Positions 1 through 10,692 of a stretch of DNA of 34,571 bases are shown here, piece by piece. Source of the stretch: Ionaspis alba (lineage: Eukaryota); contig CAXUUL010000085.1 in NCBI GenBank assembly GCA_964255285.1, positions 1-34,571 on the forward strand, in the 5' to 3' direction. Below the pieces are notes generated by a model. It saw nothing but the letters and a program-made list of their open reading frames with translations. It was not told where the DNA came from and ran no database searches. Each line of letters starts with the position of its first letter. Positions within the stretch are counted from its first letter, which is position 1. The position numbers and the translations under genes were made by a program.

Positions 1-326
1 TCATGAATGTCCTCTGTCTTCTCTTTTTCATCATCCGAGGTGGCTTGGTCACGGATTTCGCAGAGCCGCAGAACCTATTCGCTTTGTCGATTAACTCGCC
101 GCAAAGCCAGCGCTTGTACGGAAGCTGTGGCGGCGGTCCTGCGGACGATCAGCTTAAGTCTCCCTGGTGGATCAACGTGGAGAACGAGCATGTCTCTATT
201 GAAAGTCGTGAGGTAGAGCCAATGCTCATGCCATCCTCAACTCCACGGTCTGACTTCGAGTACGCGGACAGCCCAATCACGAAGGCGTACTCAAGGCTTT
301 CGGCGCACAAGAATAGCATACTCTGA
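1..326 (+). CDS. 3' end (partial) of a conserved Pezizomycotina membrane protein of unknown function
   Basis: Frame is open from the window edge to TGA at 324-326. A hydrophobic stretch (VLCLLFFII) is followed by 'GLVTDFAEPQNLFALSINSPQS..LYGSCGGGP', which I recall as a conserved C-terminal motif of uncharacterised multi-pass fungal proteins. The 5' part lies outside the window. Confidence 0.65.
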   Translation, partial: MNVLCLLFFIIRGGLVTDFAEPQNLFALSINSPQSQRLYGSCGGGPADDQLKSPWWINVENEHVSIESREVEPMLMPSSTPRSDFEYADSPITKAYSRLSAHKNSIL

Positions 327-1320
327 AGCACGACTCGGAAGATAGAGAGATCTGCGAAGCACTAGAGAATTCGCCACAGAGAACGCCCCAGCTGAAGGGA
401 AGCCAAACTAACGTCGCTCCTGGAGGATGTTACTCCTGGAGGATGCAATCTATTTCCGCATTAAATTATTGACAATACGACTCTTCCCAGTGGTATAAGC
501 CACGTATTGTTACAACTCGCGTCTGCGGGTCGTGGAAGTTTGTGCTATGGAATACCAACTGTGAGCTCAGGCATTCCCCCAACTCCATCGGGAATTCTGA
601 GTCAGATAATCCGACATCTCCAACAACTCGCACGGACGAGGATGAGCATGTAAGGCTCATCATTTGACGTGGTCGAGTTAGCTCATGGCAACAGGCGCCG
701 ATTCAAGTAGCCGTGAACATGAAGCATGAAATAGCTACGGAAGGGAGATTGCTGATGGAAAGTTGCAGACAAGCTAAGCCGCATGAGGATAATATGTTGT
801 GTGACCCGAGGAAGATCTTTCAGAATCCTATCAGACCTTGCTGTCAAATATGAGCTGTTTGATCTCATGGCATGAGCTCAACGACGTGTGCTGCAAGGCT
901 TTGCGACTGATATGCCTCTGAAATTATGGAGTTCTAATGACATGAGAATGGTCCGTTTATAAGAACATGCATTAATGTAATTTGTCTAACGAATTAATAA
1001 AATGATCCAAGATTGGTCTTGATTGGCTCCAATTGTAATTTGTGAATGCTTTAGCTGTGAAACTCAATTACTCGCACATATATTGTGATGGTGTTAAAGT
1101 TGTTGTACCTCTCACTCGGAAGGTGCTAGCATCAGAAATCTTTCTCCATTCGCCTGAATTGCCTCCCTGTACATGCTGCCACAACCTCAGATGTCTGATC
1201 ATCCACTCCCCTGCTCTATACTTCCACTTCTCCTCATAGTCCCAGTATTCACACATCTTCCTTCCGGAGATACCGCTTTCCGGAGTACACTCCACGCAGT
1301 TTTCGTTCAACTATACCATC

Positions 1321-2558
1321 TCAACCAACCGGACTCCAAGGCATGGGCACCAGCACCCGACTTTTCATCGTCTGAATCAAGGGCACCGTCTTGTGCACCG
1401 TCTCTCCCCACCCCTCCACCCCCCAGCTCAACTCCCTTCTCGCCTTCCTCTCCTCCAGATCCGCAAACTGCCACAGATGATGCACAGTATTCAGGTCACC
1501 GATCTGGACGAACCAAGCTCCCACACCCTCCATCACTTCCCGTCTCGCCTTGAGTCCTTTCCGCCAGTGAGTTTCCCATTCGAGGAGGTTACCGGGGTGC
1601 AGTGTGTAGGATCGGAGTTCAAAGAGGCCGCCGAGTTTCCGAGGAGGTGTGGTGGGCCAGAAGGAGAATTCTTGCATCAAAGAGGTGTTTTTGGCGGTGA
1701 TGAGGGATTTGAGCTTGGCGTCGAAGGCGGGAAAGTCGGGATGGGAGGCGATAGAGTGGAGGGAGGCGTGGTAACCTTGGTAGCGTTGGTATTCCCAGAT
1801 GTGGACTATGATATGCTGTTAGATCATCCACTCCTAGGACAGGAAATGTAGAGGTGATGAGGATGGTACTCACCAAAGGTATCGCAGTCACCGACTTCTG
1901 TTCTCCAGCTACCGACCAGGTGGACGTGATTTTTTTCCAGACTGGCCATTCGTGGATACCAATCTCCGACCAGCTTAACATACTCGTCGACCTTATCCGG
2001 CTTGACATGGTGAAAGACTATCGAGTGTACGTATTTGCCTCTTGCCAGGACCTGGGAGAAGGACTTCTCAATCTCCTGGTCCATCTGCTGGCCTTCATGC
2101 GTGCCGTATATCAGACTCGACAAGGCGCCTTTCCGCTTCGAGGACTCGGACTTGAAGGACGATTCACGGGCCGCTTCTGTATCGTGCGTAGACAGTGAGC
2201 CTAGAGACAATTTGCTAGAGATATCGGGCATGAGGCCTCCGTTGCTCTGGTTTTGAGCAGGGGTCTCTTGTCCCGAAGCAGGATTGGCAAAGGTGGAAGA
2301 AGAAGAAGAAGCAGGGTGAGAAGAAGAAGAGGAGGAGTTGGAAGTCTTGACGAACTGACTGTCTTGCTGTTCCTTTGCCTTTCGCGCTGCTCTGGTCTTC
2401 TCGCGGTGTTCCTTCTGGCGGGCATCAAACGCTGCCGCGCCATTGGGAGTGACGTCCGCTAGGGAAGGGGTTTTCTGTTGTGATAAGGAGGTAGTGAAGG
2501 TGCGGATGAGGAGGGGAGAGGGGTGGCTCGGAGCCGTGAGAAGACGTCGCGTGAGCAT
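1321..2558 (-). CDS. NIPSNAP: NIPSNAP family protein, probably mitochondrial (~389 aa)
   Basis: Exons 2558-1874 and 1805-1321; phase-1 intron 1873-1806 (GTGAGT..CTAAC..TAG) joins DCDTF|VHIWEYQRYQGY. Two NIPSNAP repeats (LVGSWRTEVGD..HIWEY; FELRSYTLHPG..VGAWFVQIGDLNTVHHLWQF..LEER..RR). The N-terminus is Arg/Ser-rich and presequence-like. Confidence 0.93.
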
Positions 2559-2762
2559 GGTAGATGAGCGGAGAGGAATTGGATGATAGGTGGTGGTAAG
2601 GAGAGAAGCTCCTGAAGCTCAACGACGTCTACCGACAACACGGAGGTGCAATGCTTTGATGAAGCTGATGTGTATGGACTTGTGAATATGGTGGGATACA
2701 ACAGAGCGGGGCTTCTTGGGTGGCCGGGAGCAGCAGGCAGGGCAAGAACAGCTAGACTCGGA

Positions 2763-2797
2763 GGGTCAGTTAGGGTGTGGGTGTGGGTGTGGATGGG
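2763..2797 (+). repeat. (GGGTGT)n tract / putative G-quadruplex in the divergent NIPSNAP / PNPOx-like intergenic region
   Basis: GGGtcagttaGGGtgtGGGtgtGGGtgtggatGGG: five GGG runs with 3-7 nt loops. Confidence 0.6.
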
Positions 2798-3068
2798 CTC
2801 ATCTGTGAGCGAGCGGCAATGAACAATGGACAGACGACGGTTGGTTGGCCTTGGCAGTCTCTTGCTGCCAAACGCGGGGAAAGCCAGCTAAACTGCTTGG
2901 GATCATGGCGTGGTAAGTCTTGCTGTAGAAGCTGAGGCTGGTCGGAGCTATCCATACCTGACACCGTTGATCTACCGAACCATGCTGCTACGCTATCGTC
3001 CGACAGGATAAGTAAGCTCGAGCGTTCACACATCGGCGTCTGGAAAGCGCTTGTCAAAGGTCGTCGCC

Positions 3069-3903
3069 ATGCCTGAACTTCAGAACCCTCCTTTGAACTG
3101 GGAAGCTTCAGCAACCACAACCAATCCTCAAATCTCCTCCACTCTTCCCTCCGAGGTCATTACCTGTCTCAAAAATGCTCGTTTCGTCAGTACATCCCTT
3201 CATAATCATTGCCTCCAGCCGTCCCCAAGCTTGCTCGAATATGAACAACAGCTGACCATTTCCACAGCTCCACCTCGCAACATGCACCGACCTCTTTCCC
3301 CACATCTCCCTCATGAACTACACCTACCTCCCCAGCACACCCTTCACTCCCCACCCTTCCATAATAATGACCACAAACCCTTCCTCGAAGAAAACCATCA
3401 ACCTCATCCACAACCCTCGCGTCTCCCTCCTAGTCCACGACTGGGTTTCCCACCGGCCTCCGACTCGAGCTCCAGACCCCGCTCGCGAAGGCTCTCCACC
3501 CCCTCAAGCCACACGATCCAGTCTTGCAAGCTTGCTTCTCAACATCAACACCAGTGCTTTGAGCAGCATTTCTGCAACGATAGACGGAGAAGCACGGTTG
3601 GTGGCGCAGGGCAGCGAGGAAGAGAAGTGGTGTAAGGAGCGGCATTTGGAGAACAATACCTTCGGAGATCAGGCGAGAGAGGAGAGGGGATTCTGGGGTG
3701 CGGCACCGGATGCTGGGAATATTGAAGGGGATGGTGGGACGAGCTGCTACATCGAGGGAGAGGAGGTGAGGGTTGTGGTCGTGAGGGTACAGGAGGGACG
3801 GATAGCGGATTGGAAGGGCGCCGTGAGGGATTGGAAGATTGTGGATGAGGAACATGAGGTGGACGGGAGGGGTCGAGAAGGAATGGTCAATGGAGCCTCT
3901 TGA
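3069..3903 (+). CDS. Pyridoxamine 5'-phosphate oxidase-like FMN-binding split-barrel protein (yeast YLR456W/YPR172W-like, ~250 aa)
   Basis: Exons 3069-3185 and 3268-3903; intron 3186-3267 (GTCAGT..CTGAC..CAG) gives LKNARF|LHLATCTD.FPHISLMNYTY..IIMTT..SKKT.NL..NPRVSLLVHDW, typical of this family. Confidence 0.9.
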
Positions 3904-4146
3904 TGTTGGCATGGTTTGCAGCTACGATTGTGTGTGGCAGCACGACGGCTGATGACCAGACTGTCATGAACCATACTTAGGAGTACCATTATCAACATCG
4001 TCGAGAAATCCTCCACTACGTAATGAGAAACCAGAGCCTCATGATAACGAATGAGTGTCCCAGTCGGGAGGATCGAGACGTTGGTTCTGATATCTCTATC
4101 GTAATCCTTGCCCTATTGCTACAACTCCTCCAATCCAGACACACGC

Positions 4147-5845
4147 CTACTTCACCTTGCCCATTCCCGGCTGTATCCTAGCCATCATCTCCTCTTTGGT
4201 AATCAGATGATCTATCCGTTCCAACAGTCCCAATAAGCTCTTCATACTCCCACTCCACTCATTCAATACATCGTCCGCGTCCCTCGTCTTGGCAAAACTC
4301 ACAACCCTAGCGGGTCGGTCGATCTTAGCATATACAGTCTTTGCTGTGACCAGCTCGCTGATGTACTTCTCAGTCTCTTCCTCGTCCAGGTCGAGAAGTT
4401 GACATAATCTTGAGACGGAAATTCGAGTATAGTATTTCGCAATCACACGAACGTTGTGCTCGATGACCCGCTTCCTGAGATCGAGATATCGGTTATGAGC
4501 TTTGTCGTCACCGCCCGAGCCGGATGAAGGGGTGGAAGAGAAGACATCGGTGGTACAGAGATGGGGCCCGAATCTCTCTGCGACGATCGGCCACCTCATC
4601 AGCTCGGGAACAGTAAAGAGCTTGAGGAGTGCGGCTTCGGGAGGTATCAAGGAATTTCGAGAATCAAGGTTGATACGGTGGAGGAGGTCGGACTGTTCGT
4701 TGTTGTGCGGTGCCAGTATTATGTAATAGATTACTCTTTGTAGGACCTTTCAGACGTTGATCAGCAGATGTTGATGCCGCAAACTGGCGCGAATTGTACT
4801 CACTGCTTTCAGCTGGTCAGGATTCTCTTCCACCGATTCAGTGTCCAGGACCTGGCGATAGTGCTTGCAAACTTCAAGATATTTGTCGTCGTGCTTTGCC
4901 AAAGTAATCTGTTGCTCGTAGTAGCGAAGTTTGAGGTCTGTCACATCGTCCTCCTTCTCCAGTGGCGGGTCGTCGGCGCCACGATTCTTCTCCTTCTCCG
5001 CCCGGTCTTTCTTATCCTTCTCGATCTGGTCCGGCGTCCGCTTGGGCTTCCTGGCGAAATACTTTGTACTGATCTTCCGACTCAATATACCAGCTTGTGT
5101 CCAATCCCCCTTTTCTATGCACAATGAAACTTGCTCAAGGATAAACTCGGTCTTTTCGCGCCGCTCCATAGATCCAAAGGTCTCCACTTGTAGCTCGCAT
5201 AGGATGTCGGCGGCAGCATTGAGATCGCCTTGCTCCTTCTTCATATCTGACAGGATGCGTGTCACACGAGCACGTTCAACCTCGACAAAGATCTATCGAC
5301 ACGAAATTCAGCCAAAGATTCTACACAGTGACCGTGATCTTCCTACCTTGCCTTCTGTCACAGTCCGTAACGCCTCGATAACTGAGAGCTTTTTCTCTGC
5401 AGTTGGCGCCTCATCTACGAACCCCATGACTACCTGGACCATCTTTGTAGTAGCTTGCTTGAGTTGTCCATGTTTCTTCGACAGCAGCAGGACTTGCTCA
5501 TTGAGCAATCCCCAGTCTCCGGAGTCTTTACAAATGGTAACAATGGCAACGAGCAGACGGGAAGTAGAGGCAAGATCTGAAGCCTGAAACGCCAGGAATT
5601 AAGTACGCTCGACAATGCGGCCCACGCGGACCCATCCACGTACCTGACGGGTATGCTTTTCTAGCAGTGAGAGCTTCTCGATGGCTGATTGCACATTGCT
5701 CTATACGGTGCTTGTTTTAGTACGAATCATGCTTGGTTGGGAGAGCGAGATGAGACACCTTAGCAAGCTGTTGTGCTTCTGGAATCTGCTTATCAACATC
5801 TTTCGCGAAGTCCTTGTCAGGTTTTAAAATCCGTCCTTCTGACAT
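4147..5845 (-). CDS. RPN5: 26S proteasome lid subunit Rpn5/PSMD12 (~489 aa)
   Basis: Five exons: 5845-5759, 5700-5644, 5583-5347, 5292-4804, 4746-4147; all introns are phase 0 GT-AG. Motifs: LEKHTRQASDL, KKHGQLKQA, VTEGKIFVEVERAR, ELQVETFGSM, and PCI domain RVIEHNVRVIAKYYTRI..AKIDRP. Confidence 0.97.
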
Positions 5846-6304
5846 CCTGGAATATTCTCGGTCGAATGAGAAATCTATCCAGGAAGCTTGGATGTTGGAA
5901 CAAACGTAGATTGAGATGTGATGCAGTTTTCAAGTTATGGGTCTTCGTAGTAGCTCGGTATCAAAATGCTCGAAATGCATGCGCCCACCAACTTTAAGCT
6001 CAGGGGTCTTCCCGCGGTAGCGTTTATTGTCGGCGGCCTTTGGAGGCGGCAAACGGCTATACACGATTCCGCGACTCTACATTTAGGCCTTCGGTTCTAT
6101 ATTGAAGATATTTCGTAAGTGCACTCTTGGGCTGCTAGCTTTGGTGTTCAAGAGTGGATCACTTGAAATTGGATCTATTCTGTCCGCTTGCTACATGTAC
6201 ACAATCCGAGATCACTCTACGTCTCCCGTTCTCAAAGAATTCCAATCTACTTGATTAGCAAATGAGCGTTTGCGGATACTATCCAGATATCTTTTGTCAG
6301 CGGT

Positions 6305-8707
6305 ATGCTGAAATCTCGAATTACCGGCACAGTATGTTGCAATTGTAGAGCACAATTGCTTACACTGTTCACCGATGGCTTGTACGGAACACTTCATCGC
6401 AGAGCAGCTGGCTCAGTTACAATCAGACCTTGCAGGTCTCCAAGAATACCTCGGACACGAAACTTCCATGTGCAAAAAGCACGACAGCAGGACAATCAAG
6501 CTGGTGCTGCGAAGGAGCCCCAAGATGACTCGAGTACAGCATCACAAGCACACATGGAGGCTTTAGTACGAGAGGCGCGGCAGACGTTCGGTGAGACATT
6601 GCCTGCAGATCTGCTCTCATCCCAGGAATACGCCATCTACGAGAGACTATATGGTCCTCCACTACAGGAAACTAAGGTGGAGGACGTCAAGCTTCTCCTG
6701 CCTTTGGAGGAAGAATCTTACGAGACGAACCAACCCAGAAATATGCTCCTGAAAGAAAATGAGGATGGAGACTTAGAAGAGATAGATTATAGCGAGAGCG
6801 AGGAGAAACCGGCCGGCTTCGAGGAAGATCTGGAGGAGAACGAGACTCCGCAGGAGGAAAACCAGAAAGAGCTCAGAGCTCGGATGATGCTTTTCAAAGA
6901 CATTGCCGCTGCAACAGAAGCATCAAGGGCGAAAGAGGATAGCGAACTCGAAAAGGACAGCGCTGAGGCTATAGTTGAAGAGGAACAAGAGCAATACACG
7001 AGTGCATACGAGGATAGGGAAAGAAGTTATGATGACGATTTAGAGGACGTACAGGACGACAGTAGCACTCTTCGGACACATCCATACACCGCCGCCGGGA
7101 GGTTTTCGACTTCCCCTGCAACTATTTTCCTTCCTAAAGATACATTTGTGGAGCCAATTGAGTCTATCTTAGCAAATGCCTCAAGAAAGCATCTTATCGA
7201 AGTAGCTCACAGAACATTCGGTGGACCTGGCCTTCCGAATTCAACTGCGACGCCGTCTTCGAAGAGCCACCTTCGACAGCAGCCGATTGCTCTAGAAGCC
7301 TCTCAGTCGAAGATGGGCGAGATGGAGGCAAATGTTTACCTGGGCGCTATCATGCCAGGCGCATACGCCGCTGTGATGAGTACACTCGTTGAAACTCGCA
7401 AACGACTTGGCTCGGATTGGCTCGCGGACCTATTGAAGAAGCCAGGTGGGCCTCGTGTCCTCGACTGTGGTGCAGGCGGAGCAGGCGTACTAGCATGGAG
7501 AGATGTCCTTCGAGCCGAATGGGAACGCATACATCCTGAAGGTGTACCGTCGAGCCAAGCAGGGCCTCTCGGCAAAGCTACCGTGATTATTGGATCTTCT
7601 GAGCTACGTCATCGTGCAAGTAGTCTGCTTGAGAATACGACCTTTCTTCCCAGACTACCCGATTATTTCCCTGCCAGAGATCTTGTTACAGCCCAAGACG
7701 GTGAAGCACCTCCGAGGAAACAGTACGACGTAATTATCGCCCCACATACGCTGTGGACTCTGAAGGAAGACCATATGCGGAAGGCTCAGGTTCAAAACCT
7801 GTGGTCCCTGCTCGATCCTAGTGGTGGAGTCCTTATCGTCATCGAGAAAGGAGTCCCTAGAGGGTTTGAACTTGTTGCTGGTGCTCGTGAAGTATTACTC
7901 AAGAACCAGATCTCCTCGCCAGAGGCCTCCCATATCGAGAACGAATTGCAAAACGTAGCGCAGACTCGCTACACAGAGAAAGAAGAAGGTATGATTATTG
8001 CTCCCTGCACCAATCACGCACAGTGCCCAATGTACATGACGCCAGGGCAAAGTGAAGGTAGGAAGGATCATTGCCATTTTTCACAACGCTATATCAGGCC
8101 GCCATTTCTTCAGCACCTTTTAGGAGCCAGTGATCGCAACCATGAAGACATTCGATTCAGCTACATTGCCTTCCGGCGTGGCAAAGACCTGAGACGCACA
8201 CAAACAATACGACAAGGTGACTCTGCAACTGATGCAGCCTTCGAAGGGTATGAGTTATACGAGGATGACATTCTTGAAGACACAGAAGGAAAAATTCCGG
8301 AACCCAAGGATCCGAACCAACCAAATATGCTTAGTCTTCCTCGTGCACTCCTCCCACCTCTCAAACGCCATGGACATGTAATTCTCGATCTTTGCACTCC
8401 ATCTGGGAAATTGGAGCGCTGGACCGTCCCGAAGTCCTTCAGTAAGCAAGCATATAGAGATGCGCGAAAGTCGCGATGGGGGGACTTGTGGGCTTTGGGT
8501 GCGAAGACTCGGGTGCCTCGAACTGCAAGAGTAGGAAATGGCAAGGACGGCAAGAAGGCGAAACGGGTTATAGAGGTAGGCGTCGGCGCAGACGAGAGTG
8601 AGGATCGCATCCGTGAGCTACCAAGTAAAGGGGCTAGGTATGAAAAGCGATCAAAGAAGGGCAGAGCCAAGAAACGGCCTCGGACGTTGAAAGAGGATGA
8701 TCTATGA
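6305..8707 (+). CDS. RSM22: Mitochondrial small-subunit assembly factor Rsm22/METTL17 (SAM methyltransferase fold, 800 aa)
   Basis: Single long ORF with a presequence-like N-terminus. Motifs: VLDCGAGGAG, LWSLL..GGVLIVIEKGVPRGFELVAGARE, IIAPCTNHAQCPM, PPLKRHGHVILDLCT..G..ERWTVPKS....YRDARKSRWGDLW. Confidence 0.95.
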   Translation: MLKSRITGTVCCNCRAQLLTLFTDGLYGTLHRRAAGSVTIRPCRSPRIPRTRNFHVQKARQQDNQAGAAKEPQDDSSTASQAHMEALVREARQTFGETLPADLLSSQEYAIYERLYGPPLQETKVEDVKLLLPLEEESYETNQPRNMLLKENEDGDLEEIDYSESEEKPAGFEEDLEENETPQEENQKELRARMMLFKDIAAATEASRAKEDSELEKDSAEAIVEEEQEQYTSAYEDRERSYDDDLEDVQDDSSTLRTHPYTAAGRFSTSPATIFLPKDTFVEPIESILANASRKHLIEVAHRTFGGPGLPNSTATPSSKSHLRQQPIALEASQSKMGEMEANVYLGAIMPGAYAAVMSTLVETRKRLGSDWLADLLKKPGGPRVLDCGAGGAGVLAWRDVLRAEWERIHPEGVPSSQAGPLGKATVIIGSSELRHRASSLLENTTFLPRLPDYFPARDLVTAQDGEAPPRKQYDVIIAPHTLWTLKEDHMRKAQVQNLWSLLDPSGGVLIVIEKGVPRGFELVAGAREVLLKNQISSPEASHIENELQNVAQTRYTEKEEGMIIAPCTNHAQCPMYMTPGQSEGRKDHCHFSQRYIRPPFLQHLLGASDRNHEDIRFSYIAFRRGKDLRRTQTIRQGDSATDAAFEGYELYEDDILEDTEGKIPEPKDPNQPNMLSLPRALLPPLKRHGHVILDLCTPSGKLERWTVPKSFSKQAYRDARKSRWGDLWALGAKTRVPRTARVGNGKDGKKAKRVIEVGVGADESEDRIRELPSKGARYEKRSKKGRAKKRPRTLKEDDL

Positions 8708-9098
8708 GTATCGACGATGGGTCAAGCTGTATCAGTCTCGGCTGCCAGCGCTGTTTTTGACGATTGGGCTCCGTGAAAAGTTGTGGGATTCTCCTGGGCA
8801 GGAGAAGAGTTTGTACACGAATTTCTCCTAGATGGCATTCGTGTATAGATATGATTCTCGCCTGTGCAAAGTCTAGGAGACGTTGCCAAGTACTCCGCTC
8901 CCACAATCTTTCCATTTCCTATAAATTCGCTTGATTGTGACTTCTATGTTCTTCTCTCTTCCAACCTCAATGCAGCTTCCTCGAATTATTTTTTCGTGAC
9001 TCCAATCATTCTTTGCTACAACTCCCAGCCCGTTGCAACCATTCTTGATACTCCTAATCGCCCACTACTACCATTCACCCTGCTAATAACTAGGAACA

Positions 9099-10319
9099 AT
9101 GTCACCAAGATTGAGACTCGTCAACAGCCCCATCCCCAACAACAGAGCGTACTCATCGACAGCTGGTCCCTCTGAACACTTTCAATCTCTCAATATCGAT
9201 ACCGAGCGTAGCCTACCAGATCATACATACCGAACCTCCTCAAACGCTCAATATAGCTACAAGTGCCCTCGAAACCACTACATCCAGAGCCCCAGCTCAA
9301 GAGCGCCTCGGCCTCACCTTGAGGGTGAAGAACCATCGCATGTCCTCCATTCTCCTAGTATGTATCAATACAGGCAGGAGCAGGAGTATCGTCCAGCTGT
9401 GCATCGGCAATTACCATCACCTGCTGCAGCAAGTTCGGGTCCCTACTATCACGACGTCCCACGCACACAGCGATATGAGTACGAGGGCTTATTAGTCCAA
9501 CGGGCCTTAAGCCCTCCAGGCGCCGTGTTTGTTCCTGTTGAGCGGCTACGCACTCCCTTGGCTACTTCCCAGCGCCGAGATCCTCGAAGGTTCTCGACAC
9601 CAGCTGTACCAACACCGCTTGCTCTCCAGCCTGTGCAGCTAGGACCCCATGACTCGCCCAGTAGAAGGCCAGAGGCACGTCCGGCTCTGCCGCCAATCTA
9701 CGATCCTGAAATCCCATGGGATCTCGCAGCTTCTAGTCTTGGGCCATATCTTCGACGAACTCCCCATGAACGGATAGACCCTCGTCCTCTATATGACGAT
9801 GTTCCTGCTAGTGTTCCTGTGGACACTCGCCGTCCACGGCCCTACTATTACAACACTCGCTATGATCCTGGCTATGTTGATACCGGTCCTGCACGAGAAG
9901 ACCACCAACAAGTCTGTGGGTATTTATCATCAGAGTTGATCAGTATTGAATGCTAACCTCTCCATATAGTCTACAATCAACCTCACCCTCCGAACGCCCC
10001 GATCATCCGCCACCAGAGTCTGCCCTTCCGGACCCGGTCCAATAGAAACCACATCAACACTTCCCATGCAATGGGCATATCTCGTCTTGTTCACTCTCCA
10101 TCAGTGACCCGTACTCTCCAGCCTTCTGACAGTTTCAGCCATGTCTCCACGTCCGATGAATGTCAAATGTGCCATTCGAGGCCGTACCAGCTTTGGGTGA
10201 GAGCTATTGAAATGGAGCTGTGTCACGAGTGTTACATGGAGGCACGTGCAGTGGAAGAGAGGTGTGCTGATGGAGGGGAGCATGCGCTGAGGCGACGACC
10301 TATCGATACCGTTCGCTAA
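9099..10319 (+). CDS. Hypothetical Pro/Arg/Tyr-rich protein with a C-terminal CxxC-x16-CxxC motif (~388 aa)
   Basis: ORF 9099-9956 can be joined to ORF 10071-10319 through a phase-1 intron 9916-9969 (GTGGGT..GCTAAC..TAG), and the frame is open from 9970 to TAA at 10319. The start codon is uncertain (9099 or 9360). Confidence 0.6.
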
Positions 10320-10692
10320 GGCAAAGGACGAGTTTCAGGGATTGCGGTGGGCTGGTTTATATATGATCGGGTTCTGGTTCTCTCATGGCATTTGGCAAGG
10401 AGACAATGCGAATATTGTCTGCAAGCGAATCGGATATACAAGATTACGATTTCTGCACGCACAATAGGATTCTAGTTTCATAGCAGTAGCGTAACATAAG
10501 TTCTTGAGTATTGCCATTCCATGGTGCTGGTTGACGTCCAGCACATGAAGCCATGAACCGTTCTTGAAAATGTGTCCACGGAATCCGTCAATTGAAGGCC
10601 ACAGAAGCAGTTCGTGTCGACAGGCCCATATCCATGCTCTCTCCTTCTCAACGTGTATTTCGCGATGGACCCAACACGACGTCCTCGGGCCA

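Noticed and set aside
466..1310. Short ORFs between the first gene and NIPSNAP
   Set aside because: All under about 80 aa with no motifs or consistent splice structure; likely UTR or intergenic.
2297..2337. (GAA)n / (GGA)n microsatellite
   Set aside because: Encodes poly-Ser linkers in NIPSNAP exon 1; not an independent element.
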